From Vezdaea acicularis (lineage: Eukaryota), in contig JAPEUI010000154.1 in NCBI GenBank assembly GCA_026025075.1, positions 1-34,216 on the forward strand: a stretch of 34,216 nt of DNA. Reading direction: 5' to 3'. Positions 1 through 12,739 of this stretch are shown in pieces. How positions within the stretch are numbered: position 1 is the stretch's first letter; each line of letters starts with the position of its first letter. A model generated the notes under the pieces. It had not been told where the DNA came from, made no database searches, and saw nothing but the letters and a program-made list of their open reading frames with translations. The position numbers were made by a program, and so were the translations under genes.

Positions 1-1200
1 CTCTTGATATATATTTTGCCCTTTGGCGGATACGTTGCCTGGGAGAGAATGCCACTAAGGCCGCATTTTTGATCACCCTTGACAAACTCATCGAGGATAT
101 TTTGGGGCCTAAGGAGTTGGTAACCAATTTAAACTAATTTGGTTAGGTACGTACACCTGAAGGATATTCTGATTCTGTTGAATGTATTGAGTAATTACAG
201 CCGAGGTTGAAGCTGCTGCATTGCCCATAGTGCCATCCCCAATGGAGAGTGATCGAAGTTTGATCGTCAGATTTGATTTGATAATGGCGTCCGCGAAATA
301 TGGTATCTATATAGACAAATCAGCGCTTAGCAAACCTATGCGAACGCAAAGAGACTGCTAATGTCGTTCAAGCGGCTTGTTTAATTTGGACAGTGTGGAG
401 TTAGGGTACTTCAAGACCTCGGCGAACTCAAATATAATGGAGTTACGCATTCTATCAAGTTAGGGTGTCAAGGAGTGCATGACTTGCTTACATATATTCC
501 AGCCCAGCTCTCACCCATGATATGAGTGTTCTTGGATCTCAAACTTGGGAAAATCTGTAAGATGTTTTTCAATACGGCAATAAAATCTTCGGTAGCTTGG
601 TCATTGGTACTGGCTTGATCGCTGCCCTGGGAGAATCCCGTTCCGACTGGTTGGTCGACTTCGCAGGTTAGTGTACTTCATACCTATAACGGGGACCCTT
701 CGACGTACTATACAAGATATTTGCCAACTTAGTCCATGATGACGGATTATATTGGGGTGTAGTAGCGTTTCCCGGGAAGTATATCGGACCATTCTCGGTC
801 ATTAGCCCTGCTGTCGATGCACATCCCGGACCACCATTCAACCAGACTAAGTTCATTAAACCCACAGTCAGCTCTGGAAATTTGCCTTTACTACATACTC
901 ACTGATCAAATCTCCAGAGCTTGCGTTGCTTTCTGCCGCGAACAGCCAGAAGAAAAGCTTATCGTCGCCTCTTCCAGGTATTGGTATATCTCCAGCCCAG
1001 CTTTGTGGTGTAGAAAATCGGACGTCAGGGAGAGTTTCAACCTTGTACACTAAGATATCAAGATTAAGGTAAAGTTCGGTCATCAAGGAGGATATATACC
1101 GACTTGGCGCTTCGGGACTGAGCCCTAGGGATTGGCCAACTATCCCACGGGCACACTTCACCACCAGTATCAATAAGGATAGAACGAATCTTGTATACAT
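1..1200 (-). CDS. Secreted serine carboxypeptidase, peptidase family S10 (5' part; C-terminus runs off window)
   Basis: ATG 1200 with hydrophobic signal peptide. Introns 847-902, 659-708, 307-491 and 109-154, plus a possible in-frame intron 1050-1103. Splicing restores S10 motifs LFFWLF, IWLNGGPGCAS, NILYIDQPVGTGFS, HIMGESWAGIYIPY and IGDG. Confidence 0.9.
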
Positions 1201-3749
1201 TTGAGGCTAAATTCGTATTCGATTGAAATACGATACAAAGTCAAGGTTTGGGAAATATTCTTGATAGGGCTGCAGCGCTTTACGTTAAAGGCAAAAGGCA
1301 ATTTGCATGACTTTCCCGAACCAAGACCGCCCGGCACGGATCCCTTGGGCACAGCCATGAACTCTGTGACATGATGGAAATTTTTGGACAGAAACAAGTA
1401 AGGGGGTGGGTAGCTACTTTCGATAACAGGCGACCTGCATCGCCCAGTACCTATCTGGATAGAAAAAAAATATTGTGAAAGGAAGCGAAGCTAGGCGCCT
1501 TCTCCTCCCCAAGATCAACTTCACCGAAACAAACGGAAAAAAAGAAGCGTACTCAGACAGAAAGCACAGTATTCCAGGGCAACAGGTATAATGGAGTGTC
1601 CATCAATCGAGATTTTGATCTGAAAGCCAAGGCTTGGACGGAAGGTTCCTTTCGCGCTTAAATACGCGCCGTAGCATTCCTCGGAGCTGGGCAGCGCTAC
1701 CAGGATAAACTCCAAGCAACTGCCTTGGGCTAATTGCATCCCCAATAGCCGGGTTCCTCGTCACTCTGGTTGAAGTTGCAGGATTTAAGAATCATGCTGC
1801 CTTGTTCAGCCATCTCTCTGTTTCGGAAAAGGCAATAGTGAGGCGAGCGCTTCAACCTGTTGTTCGGCAACGGAGAGCGAAATTCGACTTTACACGTTTC
1901 GGTTGTTTGCGTTGCGGCCCAACAAAACCGGACGTAAAGCCCAGACCAGATTATTGAATGCACACAATTGGACACGTCTTACATGCTGATAGATAGCTCT
2001 TCAGCCTCTGGGTGCGAGGCTTGATCACCATAACGCAGCTCGAGCACGTGTTCGCCTAGAATAGCTTCCAACTGTATCTTCAATATCGCAGGCGGTGAAT
2101 GCGCACGTTTTCGCCAGCTGAATGTACTAGCTACGGAGGCATAGTGGCTGCAGTACACCCTGGAACGGCTTATTGAATCCAGCCGGAAGTATCTCGACAT
2201 CTATGCAAGGGAGTCTTTGCGTTTCAGTCGCTGTCTTCACACGGGACGGGCAACAGCCTGTGCCTTTGCAGGATGCAAAGTAACTGCGCTGTGTACAGAA
2301 TACGATCTGCAATATAGTCGACCTGATCCATCCGCGTGATCCGGCCGCCAAACTATGGGTTTGCTCCTAGTAGCCAGCTGTTCTTGGGGCAGTCCTCCAT
2401 GAAGCACAGATGTGCACAAAGGCTGGGGACACAATGGCACCGAAAGCACACGAGTTTGGGATCACAACGGCGGTCGAGGGTCACTGCCTTCGAGGGACCA
2501 GGCGCCATCAGTTAATAGGGCTGCAACACGCTGCCAATTGACGCCAATTTGAAAGAGAGTAGTAGGCCGGATTAGCCAAACCTCGAAGTTCTCACTCCAA
2601 AGGACGTCGATGGGAGAGACACACAGACTTCCTGTTAAGCCTCTTTCTTATAAGATCAGCAAGGAACTCCAACTAAGCGTCCTTTCGCGAGATATATAGT
2701 TTTGCTGCTGAGGCTGTGAACAGGTGGTAAAGACAGTCAACCTCCCAAATGCAAGGCGAGGGCAATGAATCTGTCTTGCTGGGCCTTGAACTAAACATTT
2801 AGAGTGCACAGCAACCGCGGATCAGTCTTGTGCTGTAGCTATGACAAGCGCTATACGTTCGGGATACGTTCTAAATTCTACAGCGACGTCATAGTGCAAC
2901 TGTTCAGGACCCCAAAGATAGTTCGAGGCGAAGGGCTTTCCCCGCCACGGTGAATCGCGGACGCGGTGCCATCAGACTGCACCGGCCGATCGGGAGGCTT
3001 GCGGAAACACGAAGGACATGTCGACTGCCCCCAAGCTGGCCCTCCGCCGTCGCTCGCCCTACAGCAGGGCTCACCTGATAAAGCAAGCATCACGATAACT
3101 TTTACAGATATCGTTCGGTAAATTGTTGAAACTGTTTTTGTTGAGAAGGGCATGATTCTTTCAGTCGCGTTCTCTTACCAGGCCCATGCCCAAATGAGCA
3201 GAGGGCTCCCTTAGTAATTAGCACATTGGCCAATAGCGGAATGCGTGCTAGCGGCTCGCGTCTAAGCGGCGGGCCTGCGCTTTGAAGGGCAGCCTCGTTT
3301 TTCATGGTTGGCCGTAAGCGGTCCGAAGAATGTGACCCCCTGCCACCGGGCCTCAGCAGGGGTCCGACTCATGGGAATGGTGAACGATGGCGGACTTTAG
3401 TGTATCTCTACCGGACGCGATGTGCCGGCTAGATTCGAACGGGTCCACAAAAGAGGGTAAGCCCTCACGGATCGATATCCTTAAGGTCGTGTCCTGATCG
3501 CTTCGAAATTCATTCCCGCGCTCGGCTCCTTCCTCCCTTGCGAAGTAATTTCCCTTGCACTGGACGGGATTCAGTATCCTGCAAATTCGCAAGCTCTCGT
3601 CCCCGTGTTCTACTAGGGCCCTCTCCACCTGGTTGTTACCCTGGTGTGGTCTCAATTGATCATTGTCGAGTGGGACGGTGCACTTACATTGCTCGTCGTA
3701 CTCCAATTCCTTCCTTTCCTTCTTCTATTGCGCTGTTTGCAGGGCAATC

Positions 3750-5853
3750 ATGAGTGTAAATCATTGTGGGGCAAACAGATTTCTGCAAACACCTGTCTAT
3801 GACCGTCTCCTAAGTTCAAGACAGCAAACACAAGGTGGTGCTGAGAAACTTCAATTCCCGTCTGGTCTAGCAGCAGCAGCTACTCAATCTCAAACTTCCT
3901 CCACTACTTCCCTGCAGCATTCAACAGACAGCAGACCTCAACGGCCTCGGTCTATTATTAGGCGCAATACTATACCAGCTCCTCGCCCAACATCCAGACC
4001 GCGTTCTCAATCGACATCGCTGCTTACAAAGATGAGACAGGAAATCCATCGGCGCCTGAACGGCTCTGATAACGACTCGACTGCAGCAGGAGTAAATTTT
4101 GCACATCCCGCGTTGCACGCGTCGGAACTGAGGAAGAATGACAATCTACGGGGTTCTGAGCATGGACCCGGCAATGTTGACACTGTGAATCAAAAGTATT
4201 CACCACAAAGCCAGCCTCAAAGCGCATTAAAAGAAGCCGATCTTTCACATTTTAAAGAGTCACCAAACACCGCTCCTCGTGGCTCCGTATTGGAAGCCCC
4301 TTACCCCAATAGATCTCGTGGTGGATCTATGCCGCCAGTGAGTGGGACACCAGGGCCTGAGCAAGTTCAGTCGCAGCCACCCGATACACCTCCAGTTACG
4401 AAAGGAACATTGAGCGAGCTTGACTTACCTAAGATTATCAAAAACCCAAAATTACGTCACGATATAAACTACGATTCAGATCTACATTTCAGGCCTAACG
4501 AGGATGGCGAAAGAGGGAAAAAGAAGGTTGCGAAAGCACGAGCTTATTGGAGCGCCCTTGAATCCGCCTTGACAGAGATAACTTTAGCTTTAAGATCAGA
4601 CAAAGAGCCTCCCAGCGAGAGTATGAAGAGGATAGAGCTTGCTTTCAAAACTATTCAGGACATCCTCAAGACACTTGTCCCGCCAAGGGAGCATGAGGTG
4701 GTTGATGAATCGCTTGATATCACCCTTCTTATGCAGCGACTGCGGAAGAACCAACACGACTTTGTCAATCTAGCCGTTTGGCTCGCTAGTCTACTTAAGC
4801 AACATTGTGCGCCCATGCGAGATCAAATGGTTGATAGTATGGTGGCTGACGTAAGGTTCGGAACTATCGAGGATGATGTGAGCAAGCTAGTTGAAGGTTT
4901 AGGAGCTCTGTTTGGGATTTTAGAGGCCATGAAACTGGTAAGGCAAATCTACCAGGCTTACATCCTGAGAAAACCCCAATTAATGAAGTTTCAAGGATAT
5001 CGCCAATCACCAAATTCGAAGCCTCCGGCATCTTCTAATTGAAGACACAGTAAAGTTCGAGCACGATTACTTTCTCCGCCGAATCACAGACAACCGTATA
5101 GATACGGAAGAAGCAGAGGATTGGTTCCGTACTAATGAACTTGAAGCATCCCATATCCCCCTGAGCTCGTCAAACTTGCAGCGCCATTTCTTTGACCGAC
5201 TTGTCCAGACCATAGTTCCCGCAACAACTCCTGCGCCAGTTGAGAAGCTGCCGATGTCAACATTTCAATTTGACGACGACCGCTTGCAAAACATCATGTT
5301 AGAGCTTAAGACCTTACTCAATCTCAGGATATGCCACGATGTGTACTGCTCCCAAGTCCTGGGCCGGCGTTACAATCCCTCTCACCCGTCATTCCACCAG
5401 GTGCGGCAATTCGTACTACCTGTCATTACCGACGAGGCTGGGGACGAAATATGGGATACGACCAGCATCAACGACATTGCTCTTGAAATCGCTCGGCGCA
5501 TTCCAGCTGTTCGTTACAATCATTGGAGCCTAGCATATGAAGCTCAAAGAGTCACGAACTACTTGCAAGAGGCGTTGAACCCGATATCTACTATATCCAG
5601 AAATGTCACGGACAGCATTCATAACGAGCTAGAAGATCTTGTCTTATACTACCTAGGTTTGTACGAATCCATGGTGCCTAGCATGATTGCAGACTCCTGG
5701 AAGTCAGAAATTATGAGCAACAGCTTCCCAACCTACCTCTACCTATTGCACGACATTGCACGACGCGTTGCGCACATTGGGCTACTCCACTGGAACGTAT
5801 GGGGTCCGTTGGTTTACATGAAGGATTTCTCAGAAGGGACGGAAACTGGGTGA
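3750..5853 (+). CDS. SOK1: Sok1 / T-complex 11 (TCP11) family protein, ~681 aa
   Basis: Exons 3750-4937 and 4996-5853 (intron GTAAGG..TCAAG). Motifs PPVTKGTLSELDLPKIIKNPKLRHDINYDSDLHFRPN, LLKQHCAPMRD, EAMKL|DIANHQIRSLR and HIGLLHWNVWGPLVY. The true start could be a later ATG such as 4032. Confidence 0.88.
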
Positions 5854-7368
5854 GGGATGTGATTATAGTGGCCTTTGCCACATCCCTCACTCCTATCTAA
5901 ACGCCGATTATTCGGTACGAGAACACTGAAAACCCGCGGAGCGGCCAAGACACCTTCGGGAGGATTCATCGTTCCAAACTTCCATTCCATCACCTGATCG
6001 CAGCAATCTTAAAGGGGCAATAATGGTTACGCGCTTTTTCAACAACGCTAGCTGGTGTAGATGTTTGTCATGGCATCTTTTGCTTGGTCCCGACACTGCT
6101 ATCAGCTTCTATGCGGGTAGAAGAGGACTTGGGCATAAGTAAAACCCTGCAGTTTGTTTTGAAAGCGCCAAGGAATTCAAAAAAAACTGTGTGGGGTTTT
6201 GGGGCGTAGCAACATTCTTTATGTTCACGTTGCACCGCTCATCAATTCATTTTGTTTTTTCATTTCTCATCTTCAAAATGTGCTTTGCGAATCGGTTCTA
6301 GAATTTGCTAGACTGAAAAGACTTTACGCATCGAATACCCTCTAGAGTCTGCGTTGCTTGCTTTTCGCTATTAGAAAATTCTCGTCTTCAATGGCGATTG
6401 CTTTTTTTCACTTCTCCACATTGGTTTTTGGGCAAGCGAGCGATCTGATTCGCGGGGCGTACTAGGCCAGGGAGTTCGCGGATATGGGTGGATCACTCCT
6501 ATTTGTTGCCTGGAAATTTTCAAGACATAAACAAATTACATACAAGTCCGCTTTAGCCATTCGTACTCGGATCGATCGCAGTCCTGATTCTCCGAAGGGA
6601 CAAAGCCCTGAAAGTCCACTAGAACGGGACCTGCCAGCACCTGCAGCTGAACTGTCCGGCTTACATTTTAACGAGCAATACGATAGAGCTGAGCATTCCC
6701 CTGTTTTGATGATACACCGGTCATAGAATTGCGTGTTTACGTGCACGGGTAATCAATATGCGGTTACTGACAATGCTTCCGACATCGCGGCACGGTCACA
6801 GACACCCCAACAAGCAATAAACGCACTGCGACAATTGCTTGCCCTACTTTTTGAGGCATGCTGAGGCGCTCACAGGACACGGAGGAATCGGATTCCATGG
6901 TAACCCGTAGTCGTGCGGTACTTGTACGCGTCATTTTGGCCTGCACCCCGGGTTCTAAATCGCAGCATGCTCGGCCCGGCTGTGCATTATCCGAGATCCG
7001 TACCCACGTGAGATTTTTGATGTATCTCATCTCCCGCCCAGAGCTATTTTCCAACGTCACGTTTTGCCCATTGGATTTCGGGGCGTCCTAGAGCATTCTG
7101 CAAGTGATACTCGCGATGGAATGGTGCGGAATAAGCGTCCTAGCTCTTAAGGCGCTTGGGGGCGCTTACAGTAGCGATCTTCGGGATCGACGGAAAGGAA
7201 CGTCCAGCCCCAGGTGCCCTGCGTTAAAGTGTGGATACGCCTATGCAAGCCCGGGCGGGAAGGAAAGCCTCATGTCCATTAATGTGGGGGGGGGCGTTTG
7301 TAGGACCTCGCCGCGAGCAATGCGGAGGTGGTGATTGTGATACCCGTGCGGAAATGCCGTCTGGTGAT

Positions 7369-8416
7369 TCACCCGTCTTCGTCCGGGCCATCCTCTATCT
7401 GAACCCCTTTCATCACAATCTCTGCATCACCGGCTCCTTCTTTCCCATCAACTGTCTCCCCTTCTTCTTTCCCTCCTCCAACAGCCTCAACTTCCTGTAG
7501 GAACCTCGCTTCCTCCTCATCCAAGCCATCCTCGCCCGTAGCCGCCTTCGCATACCCTTCCTTTTCCAACACTTCCCTCTCCTCCTCATCCACCAGCGTC
7601 GTGCCCTCCCCCTTCGCGAGCTTCAACTTCCTCTGCACAGCCACCGGCGCGAACCTCGTCGCCTCCTTCCTCAGATCCCTCAGCTGTGGCGCAGATGAGT
7701 AGACGACCTGTGCCTGCGTCACCTCTAGCACCTGTGGCTTCGGTGGAAGAGCATGTGGACCGCGCTTCATATCTCCTAATGGGACTTCATTCGGATTTTC
7801 CGTATGGTGAGCGGGTTTGCGCACGAGATGCTGATGTGACTCCGGTATAGGCGGGGGTGTATCTCTAGGCCACGGAATGCCACGCACGTCGTCGTCCGTC
7901 TCGCTGGTCTCTGGGCTGTTGCTCCCATCTGCATAACTTCCATCTCTCCGCCGCTTTCCTAGCGCTCCGCTGGGTCCGCCCCTCCCTCGCCCTCTGTCGG
8001 AGCCGCGGCCCCTTTCGAAGCTCCCTCCGCCGCGGGGTTGAGTATTGGAGACACCGAGGGTCTCTTTGGCTTTCAGCACGCGCTTGACGTCTGCTTCGAG
8101 TGTTTCGAGCTGTTTCTTCTCGCGGGCGGTGAGTGGGCGGGAAGCGGATAGGGATTTGAGCTCTTCGATTTGGGAGGTCAGGCGCGTGGGGTTGCGGGTT
8201 GAAAGGCGTGCGGTGCGTTGCGCGGCGACTGCTGCTTTGCCTGTAGAAAGAAGAGGGTAAGTCGTCTTGTGCCCAAGAAGAAGGGTAGATGTGCAGGAAG
8301 ATCTGATCTGGTGCTTCGGGGGATTCTCAAAGAACTAGCGGACCTTTCTTTAAAGCTTTGGCCTTTTCGGCCTTCAGATGCGCTGTAGCCGGATTGACGG
8401 ATTTCTCTTTTGGCAT
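7369..8416 (-). CDS. WW domain-binding protein 11 (Wbp11)-like splicing factor, ~314 aa
   Basis: Exons 8416-8344 and 8240-7369 (intron GTCCGC..CAG). N-terminus MPKEKSVNPATAHLKAEKAKALKKGK..RNPTRL matches the Wbp11 domain pattern. Also IPWPRDTPPPIP and YSSAPQLRDLRKEATRFAPVAVQRK. Confidence 0.8.
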
Positions 8417-8741
8417 ATTGGGCTGAGATAGAGATCTGAGATACGCGTATCTCGAGCCCTTAGATATTGTCTAAGAGAGTTCCTTGCCGCCTTTTATGGA
8501 TGGGTATATATGCAGAAAAGCTGCATATGATGAGTGAAATGCTCGATGCGGTAGCCAAGACTTTTTTGTGGGGTGCAGAAAGAGGCATAGCGTTATCCGC
8601 GGAGGTGTTAGCGAGCACTGGAACTTAGCAGACCCATCTGCAGCTCCGAGCGCTATCAAAGCTTCCAAGATATCTTCAAATTGCTGCTGAATACAAGACG
8701 TCTTACGCAATTGAAGCTCTGATACATACCTTCTAGCCAAG

Positions 8742-9561
8742 ATGTCGGGTGGTGCTATGTCGGACGATCAGGTACGTCATTTGCTTCACAGGAAGCTATT
8801 CGAATGCTTGGCATCAGGCAGCTAACCTTGAGCTTTACCATGGGCACAGGTAGCGGGAGAGCTGAAGAAGATGACAGCGTTCATCAAGCAAGAGGCATAC
8901 GAAAAAGCAAAAGAGATCCGAATTAAAGCGGATGAAGAATTCGCCATTGAGAAATCGAAGCTAGTGCGCCAAGAAACAGCCTCAATCGACAAGAGCTACG
9001 AGAAGAAGTTCAAACAGGCGTCTATGTCGCAGCAGATCTTGCGGTCGAAAGTTTCTAATTCGACACGATTAAAGACGTTGACGGCACGTCAAGAGCTGCT
9101 GGACGACTTGTTTGATAAGGCGAGGGGCAAGCTGCAAAGTCATACGAAGAACAAAGGCAAATATCAGACTATACTGAAGAATTTGATCTTGGAGGGAGTA
9201 TACGCCCTGAATGAAGACAAAGTAGAAGTTAGGGCACGTAAAGCGGATTATGATACGGTGAAGAAGGCTATCAACGATGCACAGAAGGAGCTCAAGGACA
9301 AGACACAGAAAGATATCGCGATTACGATTGATGAGAAGAACCCACAACCAGAAGATTCGTAAGTAGAATGATATAAAATCTAATCTGCGCCATCAGCTCA
9401 CAGGTCCTAGGTATGGGGGTCTATCAATCGTTGGTGGTGGCGGCAAGATCGACATCAATAACACTTTCGAAGAGCGCTTAAAGTTACTTGAGGTTGAGTC
9501 GCTACCAGCTGTCAGGAACATACTCTTTGGCCAAAATGAAAACCGCAAATTCTACGATTGA
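8742..9561 (+). CDS. VMA4: V-type proton ATPase subunit E, 229 aa
   Basis: Exons 8742-8771, 8850-9358 and 9411-9561. MSDDQ|VAGELKKMTAFIKQEAYEKAKEIRIKADEEFAIEKSKLV at the N-terminus; GKIDINNTFEERLKLL..LFGQNENRKFYD at the C-terminus. Confidence 0.97.
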
Positions 9562-9833
9562 GATGTTTCCCCCGAATAAGGGGTTTGTCTGCAATGGATA
9601 GAGGAGAACGGGAAGGCCGAATCCCATGCCCGAACTTAATGGCACGTGCATTTCACGGTGGTGGATGATACGTCATGCATTTTGCTCGTACTAAACGAAG
9701 CTTGTAAATCTGTATGATAGAGCCTAGAGCTTAGACAATGGAAAATTCTGATAAGCTGCTACCATTCCAGCCCATTACGGTTACTGCAGCCCATATTACC
9801 GCCAGCTGCTGAGATTACCACCTCTATGACACT

Positions 9834-11383
<1,550 letters not shown>

Positions 11384-11642
11384 TTTGATGTCTGGTATAG
11401 AGGGCTCAAGTACCTAGAGATGTTGTCTTTCCCTGCCTGACGAGAAAGGTCTATAGCTGTAAATATATGAAAGAGGGGGATTGGATGTGTGCCCCTCCAA
11501 GAAATTGAAGTTTTGTGGTTCAGTAAGCGAGGCCATGGACCGTGGGGCCGCACGTCATTAAAGAATTGTCATTCACTTCACTTCCATCTTTCTTATGCAT
11601 GGAACCGGTTTCCGCAATCCAGAAAACTTCCCGGGATGAGGA

Positions 11643-12464
11643 ATGCCATTCAGGCTTGCAGTTTCTCCTTTGTCCTTCGTCCGCCATCCGATTCCTCGTG
11701 TCCAATGCTCATTAACCTTTCATTCATCTGCTACCGCGTGCGGTGACAGCGTCAATCATTATGAGACCCTTGGAGTCTCGTTCAACGCCTCACCGGCCGA
11801 TATCAAAAAGTATCTGCAACCCAAGTCTACCTAACATATCATCTTTTAACGCTTTGAAAGACAGTTCTACGCTCTCTCGAAAACCCACCACCCTGACCGC
11901 AATCGCAACGACCCTGAGGCGTCGCATCGCTTCACAAGGATCTCTGAAGCCTACCATGTCCTAAGCAGCCCACAAGAGCGCGAGCGGTACGACCACATCA
12001 TACAAAAACCTTCTGTGCTGAGAACACCTTCTCGAGGTTCCTACTCTTCGAGCTCAGGCCCTGCAGGCGGCCGTCCTGCGAGTGGTCTGAGCCGACGACG
12101 AACACGAATGCAAGGTCCCCCTCCAAGCTTCTATCGGAGTGGAGGGTGGGGTAGACAAAACGAGAAGAGGCAATCACAGGCCAGCGGGTTTGGTTCCGCA
12201 AACCAGAGTGGGTTTGTTTATGGGAGAGAGGACGACTTGCCTCATTTCGATAAAGAGGGACATTTTCGGACACATGAGAACCAGGAAAAGAGAAGGGAAG
12301 AGAGACAGAAAGTAACTTTGGAAGATACCATACCAGAAAGTACAGGCTCTAGCATGCTCGCAAACTTCATATTTGTGAGCGGCATTATCGGTTTGGCCTC
12401 TTTCGTGCCGTGGTTGATCCTAAGCGAATCTAGGAGTAGGAAGAAACGAGAGAATGGAAGCTAA
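11643..12464 (+). CDS. DnaJ-domain (class C) co-chaperone with probable mitochondrial presequence and C-terminal TM helix, ~256 aa
   Basis: Exons 11643-11809 and 11861-12464. NHYETLGV..ADIKK|QFYALSKTHHPDRN..RFTRISEAYHVLS..RERYD with intact HPD. Arg/Ser-rich, acid-poor N-terminus; hydrophobic ANFIFVSGIIGLASFVPWLIL near the C-terminus. Confidence 0.88.
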
Positions 12465-12739
12465 GCATGAAGCTTTACGGGCGTAGAATGGCATCTTTAG
12501 AATCTTTTCCGAAGTAACACATAAAAGTCACCAGCTGAGAGGTAACCTTCCGTTGATTTAAAAGAAGTATCTGTCTCAATGTCTATTCTACAAGCATTTA
12601 CAGCCACAAATCTAGCTTAGACCCCATGAGAGGCATCCCGCTATCCAGCAATGCGACACTCCTATCTCTGCAGCCTCCTTAAGGGTTACTCCCACAAATC
12701 GCAGAAAGTAGGGATCTGGAGCAAAAAACCTCTATACCT

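Noticed and set aside
400..470. Two TTAGGG hexamers
   Set aside because: They are isolated rather than tandem, and are simply the reverse complement of CCCTAAC branch-like sites in an intron.
6895..6970. TAACCC followed by U-rich and A-rich segments, considered as a telomerase RNA template/pseudoknot
   Set aside because: The sequence is TAACCCGTAG, not a 1.5-repeat template such as TAACCCTAA, and I could not build a convincing pseudoknot or CR4/5.
8845..9416. AG|GT junctions at both VMA4 acceptors, suggesting recursive splicing
   Set aside because: The GT bases are needed coding sequence (Val, Ser-Tyr) and no zero-length exon is required.
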